A stretch of DNA of 64,000 nucleotides from Zygnema circumcarinatum SAG 698-1b. Taxonomy: Eukaryota > Plantae > Zygnematophyceae. Numbering within the stretch: the first letter of the stretch is position 1; the number at the start of each line of letters is the position of its first letter. Below, piece by piece: positions 1 to 20,000 of this stretch. Position numbers and translations under genes: made by a program. The notes under the pieces were generated by a model. It saw only the letters and a list, made by a program, of their open reading frames with translations. It made no database searches and was not told the DNA's origin. The stretch covers positions 248,001 to 312,000 of the forward strand of contig CM074813.1 in the NCBI GenBank assembly GCA_037447605.1, in the 5' to 3' direction.

Positions 1-239
1 AGTTCGAACACCAAAAAATGGGGTAAATCTCCCCTGATAAATATCAACCCCCACTCCCCCACCCCCCTAGGTGTCCGCTCCTCCCCTCTCCACAGCCCGA
101 GAGAGAGCGACAGGGGGAGAGAAGTGGGGGGGAGAGAAGTGGGGGAGAGAGAGAGGGAGAGAGAACATTAAGGTGGACTTCAGAGAGAACCTAAGGGAGA
201 GAGAGATAGGGAGAGATAGGGCGAGAGAGAGAGAGAGAA

Positions 240-1889
240 ATGTCGTCCTCCCCGCCTTCTCCAGAAGCGACACGTGGCAGCTCCAAGGGCTCCAAGGGCG
301 GCCCCGAGAACAGCCTCCACCGGTACCGCGGCGTGCGGCAGCGCACGTGGGGGAAGTGGGTGGCGGAGATAAGGGAGCCGCGCAACCGCACGCGCATTTG
401 GCTCGGCTCCTTCGCGACGGCGGAGGACGCCGCGCGGGCCTACGACAGGGCGGCACGTGTCCTGCACGGCCCGCGGGCGCGGCTCAACCTCGGGGGGGCC
501 GCCGGGAAGCCGACAAAGGGGGGGCCTCCGCCCGGGGGGGCGGGGGAGGGGGAAGCTTTGGAGAAGGTGGGGGGAGGAGGGAGGGAGACGAGGAGGGTGG
601 CGGAGGAGGTTTCGATGTGGACGGCCATGGCGGAGAGGGAGAGGAGGAGGGAGGGGGGAGGGGAGGGAGAGAGAGAGCTTGAGGGAGGGGGAGGGGGGAC
701 CGCCGCGGGGGCGCCATTCATGGCTGCGGAGGAGAAGGGCAGCATGAAGAGGAGGAGGGCGTGGCCGAACCCAGCCATGGCTGCTTCTGTGGGGGGAGTT
801 CAGGAAGGAGAGGGAGAGTTGGGAGAGAGGAGGATGCGGAGGAGGCGGGAGGGAGAGGAGGAGGTGAGGGAGCTGTTGCAGGAGAGGGTGAGAGGGGGAG
901 GGAGGGAGGGACCGGGAGTGGTGGCGGAGGCCCTCCCAGCACTGATGGAGGCGGGGGTGGAGTTCTGGGGGAGGGCGCATCTGGAGGGAGTCGGTCAACC
1001 GATTCAACGGAGTCAATGGGGTCAACTGGGTCAGCTCAGTCAGCTGACTCAATTCAGTCAGCTTAGTCAGCTGAGTCAGTTGGGTCAACTGAGTCAACTG
1101 AGTCAACTCGGCCAATTGAGTTCAAAGCTAAGTCAGTTGGGTCAGATCAGTTTGGGGGGCAGTTTGGGTCAGACAGGTCAAATTGGTCAACCCAGTCAAT
1201 CAAGTCAATCGAGTCAACCGGGTTTCTATGGAAGTCAGAAGGCAGCGATTGGGAAGTGGGGGCAGGGAGAGATCGCAGGCGCGAAGGTGGAGGATAGGGA
1301 GGGGTACGGATGCTCGGAGGACCGTGGAGGAGAGAGAGGGCGGGAGAGAGCGGGCGAGGGAGAGGGAGAGAGGGAGAGGGGAGAGGGATGGAGATGCGAG
1401 AGGAGGCTGAAGAATGTGGACAACTGGGACAACAGCGTAACTGTGGAAAACCAGAAAAGCGGAGAAAATACGGAAAATTTGGATTCGGAGTCGCAGTGTT
1501 GGACGCCGAGTGGATCCGATGGTGGACCCAGCGGAAGTTGCATGACCAGTGGTGCGGTGCCAGGTGGCGCCGTGGGAGAGGCTGAAAACGGCAGTGACGT
1601 GGCAGCTCTGACAAGTGGCGAGATCGGACAGGGACAGGTGGCGCTCCCTCAGCTGCTCCAGCTGTACGCGTCGATGGGTGCGGGAGAGGGAGAGTTCGGA
1701 ATGCCGGAGGTTCCGTTGGGGGGGACGGAAAACTGTGTAACGGAGGTGAAGCGGAGGGACGACCTCGGGGACATCAATTTCCCAAATTTATCCAATTTGC
1801 AGAGTTTTCTGAGTCTGCCGAATTTCGGGTTGTTTCCGCTGCACGAGGTTTTGGGAGGGGCGGGAAATTCCGGCTTGTGGAGGTTTTAA
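240..1889 (+). CDS. AP2/ERF transcription factor, DREB-type, apparently intronless (549 aa)
   Basis: N-terminal AP2 domain [56 protein letters not shown] has the V14/E19 residues typical of DREB. It is followed by Gly/Glu/Arg-rich and Gln/Leu/Ser-repeat regions and an acidic/Phe-rich C-terminus. One continuous ORF. Confidence 0.9.
   Translation: MSSSPPSPEATRGSSKGSKGGPENSLHRYRGVRQRTWGKWVAEIREPRNRTRIWLGSFATAEDAARAYDRAARVLHGPRARLNLGGAAGKPTKGGPPPGGAGEGEALEKVGGGGRETRRVAEEVSMWTAMAERERRREGGGEGERELEGGGGGTAAGAPFMAAEEKGSMKRRRAWPNPAMAASVGGVQEGEGELGERRMRRRREGEEEVRELLQERVRGGGREGPGVVAEALPALMEAGVEFWGRAHLEGVGQPIQRSQWGQLGQLSQLTQFSQLSQLSQLGQLSQLSQLGQLSSKLSQLGQISLGGSLGQTGQIGQPSQSSQSSQPGFYGSQKAAIGKWGQGEIAGAKVEDREGYGCSEDRGGERGRERAGEGEGERERGEGWRCERRLKNVDNWDNSVTVENQKSGENTENLDSESQCWTPSGSDGGPSGSCMTSGAVPGGAVGEAENGSDVAALTSGEIGQGQVALPQLLQLYASMGAGEGEFGMPEVPLGGTENCVTEVKRRDDLGDINFPNLSNLQSFLSLPNFGLFPLHEVLGGAGNSGLWRF
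1000..1220 (+). repeat. Degenerate 9-bp coding tandem repeat (agtcagctg/agtcaactg) encoding (S/G/T)QL
   Basis: Directly visible 9-nt periodicity, translating as [32 protein letters not shown]. Confidence 0.9.
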
Positions 1890-3081
1890 CAGGAGGTGGT
1901 TTTTTCTGGGGAAGGTTATCTGGGGGGGTGGGGGGAAGGGATTTAAGTGGTAGAGCTTTCTTAGGAAGGGATGGATAGAAAGTCTTTCGAAAATGTTGCC
2001 TCTTTGGAAAGGTGCTTTTTTCCCTTTTTGTAAATAGGGAACGTTTTGTATTCACACAGAAGGTACAAACAATGTTCCTTCCTCTCTCTCTGTCCTCCGC
2101 CCACCCCTTTTTTTTTTTTTAGTCTGTGTACGAAAGTGGATGGAAGTTTAGGAGGGAAACGCTCAGAGGAGAAGAAGAAAATTTGTGGAGGGCAGTCATG
2201 CGAAGTGAGATAGGTTTGGAAATATTCTTAAGCATTTGTCAGATGTAGGACCGTTAGATTTTTAAGTGGGTCGACTTCTCTCTGGAGGGAGTGGTTGTAC
2301 AGAAGAGGCAGGGAAATGTCTTTTCGGCAAAAATATTTTTTTTTCATGTAAATGTGATGAAATGATGAATGTGAGCAGTTGAATGACAAAAGGATAACAC
2401 TACATTCTGATTTTGATGATTGTTTGCTTTGAGGAGGGAAAGGGAGGAAAGCTGATATGAGTGGGTAGTGGGGGAGGAGAGAGTTAGAGCTGGGAGGAGA
2501 TGAGAGGGAACGTGTTGAGAGAGGCGGGGTGAGGGAGGGAAGGATGGAAGAGGGAGGGAGGGAGCGTGAAGGTGTGGACGGGAGAGAGATGTGGGAGGGG
2601 ACGAGGGAGTGTGGGAAAGAGGAGCGAAGCGGAGGGGTTGAAGGGGGGGGAGTGGGAGAGAAGGTGGAAGCAAGCAGTGATACTCTCCTGTACAACGGAG
2701 ACCTCAGAACCCGCATTTCAAGTACCTGCTTATTTCTTTCTACTTTCGCATATATTTGGTGTTTTATTGCTATAGATTAACTCGAAGGAGAGTGAACATG
2801 AGTCGGATTCTAAGGTATGGGCAGCTCGCAAGTTTCAAGTGAAAAACTCCAACAAGGAGTACCTCATTGCGAAAACTGAGCGCAAGACACAGTAACAGCA
2901 ACAGGTTGAAAATTTCAAATTTTGAAAGTTGAAGATTTTGCAGTGCAACCCCAGCCCAGTCCTCAGCATGCATCAGCATGAACCCTATTCACACATGGAA
3001 CACGAAAGCCCCCAACACAATACTGTAACAGCGACATAGAGCGCCCTGCGTATGGTACATGGACCCATAGACCGCATGTCA

Positions 3082-3781
3082 TCACATCCCTGCATGCATG
3101 CATGTCACGTCACAACTCGTCACTTGTGTGACATCCTCGCCTCGGACCCTTCCTCTTCCGCGAACGAAACGCCGTTCTGTGTGGATTTTCCGTCCATTTT
3201 CCGTAAAACGGCGGCACGCCTTTGGCTTCGCCGTCCCCTTGTAGGCTTTGCAGATGAGAGCGGCGACTTGGTCGTAATCCTGAACCCCGCAAAAAGAAAA
3301 AAAACCCAAATTTGAGGAAATCAATGTCGTTGTGTCACAAAATCAACAAACGTTCTTTGCAACTACACATTGCAAGTGAAAAAACTAAAAAAACTGCAAA
3401 CCAGAGTAAACAGATCAATAGGTGAACAAAAGGACACAATTAGGGTTAACTTTTTCAGGAAAAAAAAAATGCGCACATCATAGGCAGGCTCGCCATCAAC
3501 AAGGAGCCACGGCACGTAGCGGTGGGGCGGTACTAATTTGTCGGTTTCCTCGCCGTACTTGCGGACGAGCTGTGCCCCCATCCCCCCAAAACCTTCATAC
3601 CGCGATTGGACCTCACAGGGCAGCCCAAAAAAGAAAGGACGAAAAAGGAAGTTGCCATTACTAGCCCCATCCTTTCCCCTCCTCAAAAGTGCGTTTAAAA
3701 GTGAAACATTGGGAGAGGAAAACTGATGCGAAGAAGAGGGAGAGGGGGGGAGGGGAGAAAGAGAGAGTGGGGGAGAGACAG

Positions 3782-3828
<47 letters not shown>

Positions 3829-3838
3829 NNNNNNNNNN

Positions 3839-3880
<42 letters not shown>

Positions 3881-5255
3881 ACCTCGTCTCCGAGCGGACC
3901 CGTGTAGCAGTCTTTGATTGGCCCAAATTCGAGTCCGGAGGATTCCGCACAGCCCGCGGCCTCCTCCTCAATGGCGTAACGCTTTTCGGTCAGACACTCT
4001 ATGAAGGGATACCACTGACTCTGCCCGAAAAAAAAGGAAAAAGAAGGTGGGGAGGAAGAGGCAAGGAAAGGCAAAAAATGAGAAAAGCATATCTCCGTCA
4101 AAGGTACATGCTTCCGTTTCCGTTAATAATTGGATAGCACAGGAGTAATGCGCGGTCATGGACATAAGGGAAAACTTCACAACACAAAAAGTTCTTTCAT
4201 GTTTTTATTGTTTATCGTTGGGTGAAAGGTTCGTCCACTTGGGCTGTTTGCAGAAATTCATTGAATGATCGTTAGTTATTAGTCAAAAGTATTGACTTAT
4301 TTCAGCCCTTTGTGACCTCTGGCAATACCCCTTTTGGACCTTACCACATTCGGGTAGGAATGAATGGCGCAGGACTCAATGAGGTTTCCAACACACTCCA
4401 GCGGGCCGTGCTGTGCAGTTTAAAAAAAAAAAAAAACGTTTCAAGAAAGGAAAAGAATCCGTTAAAGAAAATCTTCAACATAAGGGCTTAAACGTCCCAA
4501 AATTTGTAGAAAATAAACACCGATTATACTTAAAACAATAACAAAAGAATGTTACAAATTACTTAAAAGACTCGTGAGAGGAGAGTTTGTACTTGACATG
4601 TGATGGTTCCGCCCGGTGAAACCCGAGCATTTCCGTACGGAATTAAACGTAAATCGATGATTTCCATGAGGCTTGAATGGACGACTGCGCTGAGCTCATA
4701 CTGAATGAAGTGGGCGCAATAGGGGCACAGCGATTCTTCATACAATTCCACTTTCACTTTTTCTGCTGGAACCGAAACGTCGGAATCCGGAAAATTCCCA
4801 ATGGGCCAATGGGAGAGCACCACGTGGCGCGCGACTGAGCTCCATTTCTGCAGAAAACCTGTGGAAGTAATGGGAGGGACAGAAGGGGGAAGGGGAGGGG
4901 AGAGAGTGAGAGATGGGGGCGGGAAGGGGGGAGAGGGGGAGGAGAGAGAGAGAGGGGGGGACGGGCCCAGTGTGAGAGAGGGAGGGAGATCACATTCCCC
5001 AAAACACCTAATAAAAGTTGTGTCCATCCACTTCTGTTTCCTCTGCCAAGGCCGTCATTGCTTTAATTTTCCTTCCAAGCCGAGAGAGCGGCCTCAAAAG
5101 AAATCGGAGGGGGTGCAAATGAGAAAATAAAACGAACCGGACGGAGACGCCTGCGCGCCGCCCGCTGACAGGAGCAGGCCAGCGACAATGCAGAGAATTG
5201 AAGAACAATGCAGAACGGAGCGGGAATTTAGGCGCATGGATACGGCGATGGCCAT
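3082..5255 (-). CDS. GILT: GILT-family (gamma-interferon-inducible lysosomal thiol reductase-like) protein, 6 exons
   Basis: Exons 5255-5138 (signal peptide MAIAVS...LLLSAGGAQA), 4858-4593 (VKVELYEESLCPYC...LIPYGNA...ITCQ), 4410-4345 (HGPLECVGNLIESCAI), 4020-3883, 3569-3477 (PPHRYVPWLLVDG), 3279-3082 (ICKAYKG). GT-AG introns with consistent phases. CxxC active site and CQHG-x2-EC-x2-N GILT signature. Confidence 0.92.
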
Positions 5256-5465
5256 GGTTGATTGAGAGAGGGAGGGAGGGGAGGGAGGGAGGCAGAGGAG
5301 GGGGAGGGAGAGGGAGGAGAGATGGCGAGGAATGAGGGACCGAGGGAGAGGAAGGGATGACAGAGAGGGGACGGTTACGGGTTTGAACTGGACTCATGGA
5401 GCTGTGTGGTAGGCTATTGGGACAGAACTGGAAGCGTTGGCGTTTATGTGCTAATTTATTGACTT

Positions 5466-5834
5466 TTAAACAGAACTGGAGACACGTGCGCATGGAACGG
5501 CCTGTCGCTGTTCAGCGAGAAAACCGTCAACCTGTGAGACAATGCCGCGTGGCAACAGCGCTGCCTCGGAATGTTTTTCCCTGCCCGCGGGCAGGCCAAA
5601 ACGTTCACTGCGAGCGCCCGCGCAAGTGCGAAGCGGACTTCCGGTTGAGAAACTGCAAACTGGAAATGACGTCACATGCTGACGCTCTATTACGTCACTA
5701 AGTTTGGAGTGTTGAACATGCGATGCCAACATTGCATTGGCATGTGGTTGACATTGTTGCTGTCGGCATGAGAGCGTGGATGCCAACAATAACAAACTCA
5801 ACAAGAAAAATGCAGTCAAGGCTCTGCACGCCAT
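5466..5834 (-). CDS. Possible small secreted protein or alternative first exon of GILT
   Basis: ATG at 5834 gives MACRALTAFFLLSLLLLASTLSC, a signal-peptide-like N-terminus. No recognised domain follows. Confidence 0.25.
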   Translation of the reverse strand: MACRALTAFFLLSLLLLASTLSCRQQQCQPHANAMLASHVQHSKLSDVIERQHVTSFPVCSFSTGSPLRTCAGARSERFGLPAGREKHSEAALLPRGIVSQVDGFLAEQRQAVPCARVSSSV

Positions 5835-6454
5835 AATCCTAATTTTTCGCATTCCCGTGTCACATTATCACATAGAACCAGTTAATAAAATCAATTTTTG
5901 AGTAAATCAGATTGTGAGTCGCTCTGGGAAAGTTTGTCGCGTTGTGCATATGTCGATATTTATCCTAATCGACGGCCTAAATTATGCCACGTAAGAAACT
6001 GCAACTGGAACTGGAACTGGAACGTGATACTGGAACTGCGATGGCATCGATTATTTTCGATGTTCGTTTCTCGCTTTTGGCGAGATATTCCAAAATCAAA
6101 TTTTGGCTCTCTGCCCGAACTGACCGCTTACGTCACACAACGCATCACCAATCATAAATCAGATTTGTCAGCATGGAACCAGTGGTGTCCCCGTACTTCA
6201 AACTGAAAGAGACGTCAGCCTCCTTCACATGTACGGCTCTGGCGGCTACATTTAGCGACATCGTACCGTTAAGCAGTTACAAACGGAACTGTCAGGAATA
6301 AAGTCCGACATAGAGACTTTGACAGTACAAGTCCCCCTTCCCGCCTAGATCGCTTTTTCCCTCGCTCTCACTCTCCCGCATCACCGTCCCTCCATCCCTC
6401 ACTCCCTCCTTTCCTCTCTCTCTCTCCCTTCCATTCTTTTTCCCCCTCTCTCCC

Positions 6455-13395
<6,941 letters not shown>

Positions 13396-14300
13396 GGATG
13401 AAGTGGAGAGGGAGAGGGAGAGGGAGAGGGAGAGGGAATTTTGTATAGTAAGGAATCGGATGTTCGTTTTGTAGGCTACATGTTTGGTTTCAGTCATCGG
13501 TTGATCAGAATGTTCAGTTAGACAGATCTGTTGTACCATTCATTCAATTTATTTCACTTTTTGCATTATTTTCCTTTTGAGGGCCCATAAAAAAAATCAT
13601 AATTAACGTAATTCTTGAATTAAACTATGCTATAACACTGCTACTTTAAAGCCGGGTTTTCCTTTGAGTTCAAATCCTCCAGGAAATGAGGAAACCACGA
13701 GGAGCTTCGAAACACAGTACTCAACAGTAGGCGTACAAAACAGAAAATTAGAAAAAAAGCCGATTCTGTATCTTTCCAACCTTCGCTTATTGCGCTTTCT
13801 ATGCACTAGTAATGCAGTTCCTGTCCTACTTCTGGTTTTTATTAAACCTACCACGATGTATTTTATAAACCAAAACCAACTTTCTATGACTCCGGAGAAA
13901 CTTCTGTCTTNNNNNNNNNNCCCCAGCAAGTGCCTATATATTTATTCATTGCTTTAAGTTTCTAACATATTACATACATAGTCTCTACGCTCAACGTAAT
14001 CTTCATTCCATTAATTTTTGGAACAGACGTACCCTATCTCCTTTCGTCATTTCCAACAAAATGTAAGAGCTCCCCAAAATTTCTTTTTACCTGCAAAGTC
14101 AAAAAATACCCGGGAAAGTCTCTACAAAAATCCTCCCCCCTCCCCGGTATTCCACCACGTAACGAACGAGAACAAAAGCCTCTCCATGTGACCGAATTTC
14201 CACTCCACTTTCCGAAAAAAAACCCCTCTCTCTCTCATTTCCCCCCACCGACCCGGGCCACCCTCTTTCTTTTTCTTTTCTTTTTTCCCTTTTTTTTTTT

Positions 14301-17239
14301 TTAGGGTGCGGCGAAGGTCGGAGACGAAGGAATAGCTTCCTCCCACGCGTTATTCGAGAACGAGGAATTCATTTTTTGAGAGGAAACTTTCGTTTCGAAG
14401 CAATGGGGTACGGCCACAAGCCGAATTATTTCCTGGCGGCAGAACGGACAAAGCGGGGGGGGCGGAGCTGGCGCCGCCTGATTGGGTTTGCAGTGGCAGC
14501 AGAGCGCGAGCGTACACGTGGCGCACATCCGGTGGCCGCAGTCCTCCACTTGGAGGTCGCACGCGCGCTCGAAGCAGATGCTGCACTCAAGAGAGTCCTC
14601 CTCCGCCTCCTCTGCCTGGGGAGAGAGAGGGAGAGGGAGAGGGGAAGAGGGAGAGTGTGAGTGAAAGAGAGGAGAGAGAGAGAAAGAGGGAGAGAGAGAG
14701 GGAGAGAGGGAGAGAGGGAGAGAGAGAGAGAGAGGGGCCNNNNNNNNNNGGGGGGAGGGGGAGGGGGAGGGGGAGGATGTGACGTGACGTGACGTGACTC
14801 AATGTGACATAATACCAACTGTTGTAAAAGGGCCGCGATACGAAGAGGGGAAGGAAGAAAAGGAAAGAAGAAAGAAATTTCTTTTCCATTGCACTAAACC
14901 CAGAACCCAGAACTAGTCAATATTTGACTCACCCCCGCTTTTGACTCGCTTCCCTGAAACTCGTCCTTTCCTTCCTCCTCCTCTCCCCCTCCCTCCGCCA
15001 ACTCCCCCTCACTCGATACAGGCACGAGGCGAGCCAATCTCCCGAGACAAGCTCGGCCCGAGCTAAACTCTCTCCTCCTCCTCCTCCTCTCCCTCTCTCC
15101 CATTCTCGCCGACATCTCCATGGCCTCCTTCGCCTTCTTCTCCGCCGCCTGCTTTTGAATTCTCGCCTCGTTTGCCTCGGCCAAAGCTGTCTCAAGAAGC
15201 TCCCGCGCTTGCGAGTCAAGTTTGGCCATAAACTTCCAAGGCGAGGGCCAAACCAGAGGCTCGGCTGAGTCAAGATCGAGCAAGTTCGCACAAGCGTGGT
15301 GGTTGTGGGCAACAGCGATTTGGTACGGAGTTCGTCTGCACATGGAAACCTTGAAATTTCGTTAAACTTGTGTAGTTAAGAGCATTTTCAGATAGACATT
15401 GTCATTTTAAACAGACATCTAGAGAGAATTTTACATGTATTTGTAGATATTTTTTTGAGCTAAAGTTGGTTTTATCGTACCTCTCGGGATCTCTAACGGA
15501 ACGCTCTGCCCCCCACGCAAGGAGCTGCCGTACAACTTCCACATTTCCACCACGGGCTGCTGAATGGAGGGGGAGAGAGCCAAGACCCGCTCTGCGCACA
15601 ATGGGGAGAGAGAGAGTGAGAGATGGAGAGAGAGAGAGTGAGAGAGAACGAGAGAGAGGGAGAGAGGGAGAGAGAGAGTGAGAGTGAGAGAGGGAGAGAG
15701 AGAGAGTGAGAGAGGGCGAGATAGAGAGTGAGAGAGGGAACGATAGCGAAAGAGGGATTGAGAGAGAGAACGAGAGAGAAAGGGAGAGAGGGAGAGAGAG
15801 AGTGAGAGTGAGAGAGGGAGAGAGAGAGAGTGAGAGTGGGCGAGAGAGAGAGTGAGAGAGGGGACGATAGCGAAAGAGGGATTGAGAGAGAGAACGAGAG
15901 AGAAAGAGAGAGAGGGGTCCAAAAAGGGAACCCTGACGCGACCTCCTTTCCTCTCCTTTCTTTTTCCTCTACCACCAGTTCTCCCTTCCCTCTATTTGTT
16001 ACTTACTTTTCTCTCTAACAAACTTCAAATTTATTTATTTTTAGACTTTTTTCTTTCTTACCCTGCTCCGACTCTCGCAGTGGAGACTGTCGTTAGCGCC
16101 CCCGCCTCCAGCAGTATCCGTACAGCATTAATTTGTCCGTACCGCGCTGCCAGGTGGAGGGGTGTGGCCCCACCCGAGTCGCGACAGTTTACAAACCGAA
16201 CCGCGCCCCTGCCAAAAGAAAGAAAAAAAAAATTGAAAAAAAAAAGGGGGGGGGAAGAGGGCGGAAGGGTTAACACCTTAACAGGGCTGAAAATGGGGTC
16301 TAAATGCAAACCAGCAATGCATAGCAATCAAATCAAAAATCAAACTAGATTTCAACTAAATTTAAATAGAAATAAAACTCAAATTATATTATATATATAC
16401 ATTTTTTTTTTTTTTTACCAGGTGGCGAGTATGGCCGGGTCCTGCCCTGCCTCCAGCGCGAGTCGCATGCAGTCCGTGTGCCCGCCCCGCGCCGCGTAGT
16501 GCAGACACGTGGCGCCGTGGGCCGAATCAAAAAGCAACACCTGGCAGCGCGGGATTGGCCCGTCGGCACGTGGGAGAGAAGGGACGAAAGGAGAGGAAAG
16601 AAGGGAGAAAGAAGAAGAACGAAAGAAAGAAAGAAAGTTGAATAGACAGTGATAGTGAGGGATAGAAAGAATGTGTATTTAGGGCTCGGAGTTGGCTTTT
16701 TCTTTTTTTACTAATTGATGGTTTCTTGTATTTTAATATATAGATAGTTGGGGTCCTAGTGGTTCATTCGTGTTTTCTAAGACCTTATTTCACTTTCTAT
16801 TGTTCTTTTTCTTTTGATCCTTTTTCTTGAGCTCACATTTGCGCCTCTGTCGAGGAGAAGACCAGCGCATGCAGTTCGGCCGTACTTGCAGGCAACCATA
16901 AGGGGAGTCTGCCCGAAAAAAAAAGAAGGGGAAAAGGAAAGGAGTGGCGGAGTCGGGGAGAAGTAGGAGACGAATGTAAGAAGAAAATTAAAAGAAAGAA
17001 AGAAAAATTTTAGACGGAAAAAGAGAAACACGTGAAATTAACCAAAATATATGTATCACAGATCCATTGCCGCCATTATTTATCTCAAATTTAGTCTATT
17101 TTGAGAAGAGGGGGAAAAAAATCAAACCTGCCCCAAAGAGTTTCGAATGTTTGGTCGCGCCCCGTGATCCAACAGAAGGGCCATCACCTGCAAGCCTCAG
17201 CAAGAAATTACTAAGATAAGAAAGGGGGAGGGTGAGAGC

Positions 17240-17274
<35 letters not shown>

Positions 17275-18256
17275 GGGATGTGACAAAATGAAAATGGAGG
17301 GAAAGGGCGGAAGCGAAGGGAACTGAGAGAATCGAAGGGAAATCGAAAAATTACGAGGGGAAAAATAAAAGCGGAGACCGAGGGAGAGCGCGAGGGGGAG
17401 AGAGGGAGGGGAGGGGGAGGACGGGGGCGGGTATGGGTGTGGGCAGCGGAAGAGAACGGGAACGCACTTTCCACTTAAGCCGTTAACATGTTTTTAAATA
17501 GGAAGGATGCTACCATTTTGGTTCTGAAAGCATTTAAGGAAAACTGACAATGTTGGAGGAAACCGTTGGAAATGAGGACTGCAGATTGAAGTGGGCTTCC
17601 AGGCAGCACTGAGATACTTTCTACGGAAGAGGGGGAGAGAGAGAGAGGGAGAAGGAAGCGTCGGGGTTGAGAGAGGGAGCGGAGGCTAGCGGAGAGAGAG
17701 AAAGAGCTAAAATATCGTGGAAATTTGAAACGGAAAAAGGGGAAGAGACGGAGAAGAAAGGCTGAGATAGCGCCACAGTATGTAAGAGGCTGACGAAGGC
17801 AGAAGCGAATTCACGTGGGAGGGAGAGGGCGAGGGAGAGAGAGAGAGAGAGGAGAGGGAACAAGGAGGGGAAGACGTAAGAAATAACTGCAGAAATATAT
17901 AGGGTGGGTGGAGAGAGAGAGAGAAAGAGAGAAAGAGAGGAAGGGGAGAAGAAAAGGGGGGAAATAGCAAAGCGTGAAAATGAGAAAGGAATAGGCGAAA
18001 GAAATGAAATGGTGGGAGAGGTGGGAAGAAAGAGAGTGGGAGAGAGCGAGAGAGAGGGAGAGAGACAGAGAGAGAGAGAGAGACCCACCTCCAGGCGGCC
18101 GCTCTCCGCCGCCGCGTGCAGCGGGGCCGCCCCCCCGACGAGACGGCGCGCATTGGCGAGCTTCGCCTGCCCGCTCACATCCCCCGCACGTGTGAGGCGG
18201 CGCTCGACCGCACGTGCGTCGCCGGCACGCACGGACGCGAACAGGGAGCCCGTCAT
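14301..18256 (-). CDS. XBAT31: XB3/XBAT31-like ankyrin-repeat RING (C3HC4-type) E3 ubiquitin ligase, 8 exons
   Basis: Exons 18256-18089, 17187-17128, 16908-16837 (TPLMVACKYG), 16540-16419 (TCLHYAARGGH), 16208-16062 (TPLHLAARYG), 15591-15481 (PLHSAARGG), 15335-14933 (PLVWPSPWKFM...LETALAEANE), 14615-14301 (CSICFERACDLQVEDCGHRMCATCTLALCCHCKP...CPFCR). The PSPxKF and CTLALCCH motifs are typical of this subfamily. The start codon is uncertain. Confidence 0.88.
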
Positions 18257-18561
18257 GGAGAACGGAACGGAGAACGGAACGGAAGGCGTCGTTCTATGTG
18301 AGGGGAGGCTGAGAGGAGAAGGGGAGCTATGGCGGGGGGGGATTGGTGAGAGGAGGCATCGAGGAGGAAGCAAGGCGGGGGGGGGTGGGAGGTAAAGAGA
18401 GATAGAGAGGGAGGGCAAGAGAGGAGCAAGGGGAGAGGTAACGCAAAATCGACTGAGAGGACAGGGAGAGAAAGGGAGGTGCGGTGGGAGAAACAGGGAA
18501 ACAGTGGGAAGGGAGGGAGGGAGGGAGAGAGGAGAGAGAGAGACAGGGGGTATGGGGGAGC

Positions 18562-18601
<40 letters not shown>

Positions 18602-19049
18602 GAGAGGGGGGGAGGGAGAGCAGTTGGAAGACCAGGGCATTGCGACAACTGGTCGTTCTAAAAGCGGCCCTGGAGACCGTCCGCACGTGCGAAGCACCTT
18701 CACACGTGCGGTGGGATCCACTTCCGGACCCTGAGAGTGTTCACAATATGGTATTTATTCAGATAGAATCGTTCAAAAACGTGGTTCTGAATGTTCACAC
18801 GGCAATTGTCGAAGCTCGATTTGGAAAACGACGATCCTGGTCGCTGTTCACACTGACGGTTCAGGGTCGAACCGGCTCGGGGGTCCGTCCGCTCGCCGGT
18901 TTCGGCGAAACGGCGCCCGAAGTCCCCGAAGGGGCGGCGCCCCTTTCAGGAGAGTCGGGGGATGACGTGGCGCCCGCTGGTAGCGTTTCAGACCTGGTGG
19001 CTGACTTGGCACGACTTGATTGGTCGAGTTGTCGCTGTTAAGAGAGAAA

Positions 19050-20000
19050 TTTGACACGTGGTGGACACGTGTTATTGGAACTTTGTGAAATTCACTATTG
19101 CGAAATTTTCAAAAATGATTCCAAAATTGAGATTTGTCGCCACGTGGCAGGGGCCTGATGGCTTTACGGGACTTTGCATGCGCTGTACTTTGTCGTTATG
19201 TCCGCGTGGCGACCGCGGTCACTCTCAACCCCCGTTTGCTGATTCGCTGACGTTGGAGAAGATGGCAAAGGGCAGGATTAAAACGTTTTTTCGGGCAGTA
19301 AAAGTACGGTCAGCAAGTTTTCTGTATCGTCATTGGCTGAAAAAAAGCATTTTTCCTCCTCGAGAAATTGGCAAAGAAGTAGAAATTGTCGATTGTTGTC
19401 CTCGGTCAAGGAGGGAGGTGACACCTGGCATTACTGCGGTTGCGACAAAACGGTCTTGTCGGTTAGCGGTTGCTGAAGCGGCAATTGTACGAACACCTGT
19501 TGGTTTCATGGTGTGGATTTCATTGTTCGTCACAGAATCCTCCGTTAACGTTATAAAATAACCTTATCGGGGAATTTTAGCCCATAAGGTGATGTTACTT
19601 TAGGAGTGAAACGCGGCTACTGTACTTGCAGTATGTGGACCTTTCTTAAAGTTAGTCCTAACTGCTCCCGGTCACATGTTCGCCAACTGACATGGAACGG
19701 CGCCTGGTCCGCCCCAGTCAATCGGAATCGGACGCTCCGCGCCACGTGTCAGCAGCTGGTCTATTCCACTTCTTCAACTTTTGCTGACGTGACACACAAT
19801 GAAAAACTCAAATTCGAGTCTCGCCTTCGTACCCGAATGGAGAAATGGGATAAACAAGCAGATCCAATACTACCAATTAAATGCTGACACGTGGCTAGAC
19901 ACACTGCCTCGCGTCTCTGGCAGTCAAAAATAAGTTTTCGGGCAGCCTCAGACACTCTACTATTGGTCGTTTGATATTTCGACGTGCACGTGGCACATTC
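19050..20000. promoter_or_regulatory. Cluster of G-box/ABRE-like CACGTG motifs upstream of the XBAT31-like gene
   Basis: gacacgtggtggacacgtg (~19053), gccacgtggc (~19139), gccacgtgtc (19741), gacacgtggc (~19886), gcacgtggc (~19986). Function is inferred only. Confidence 0.3.
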
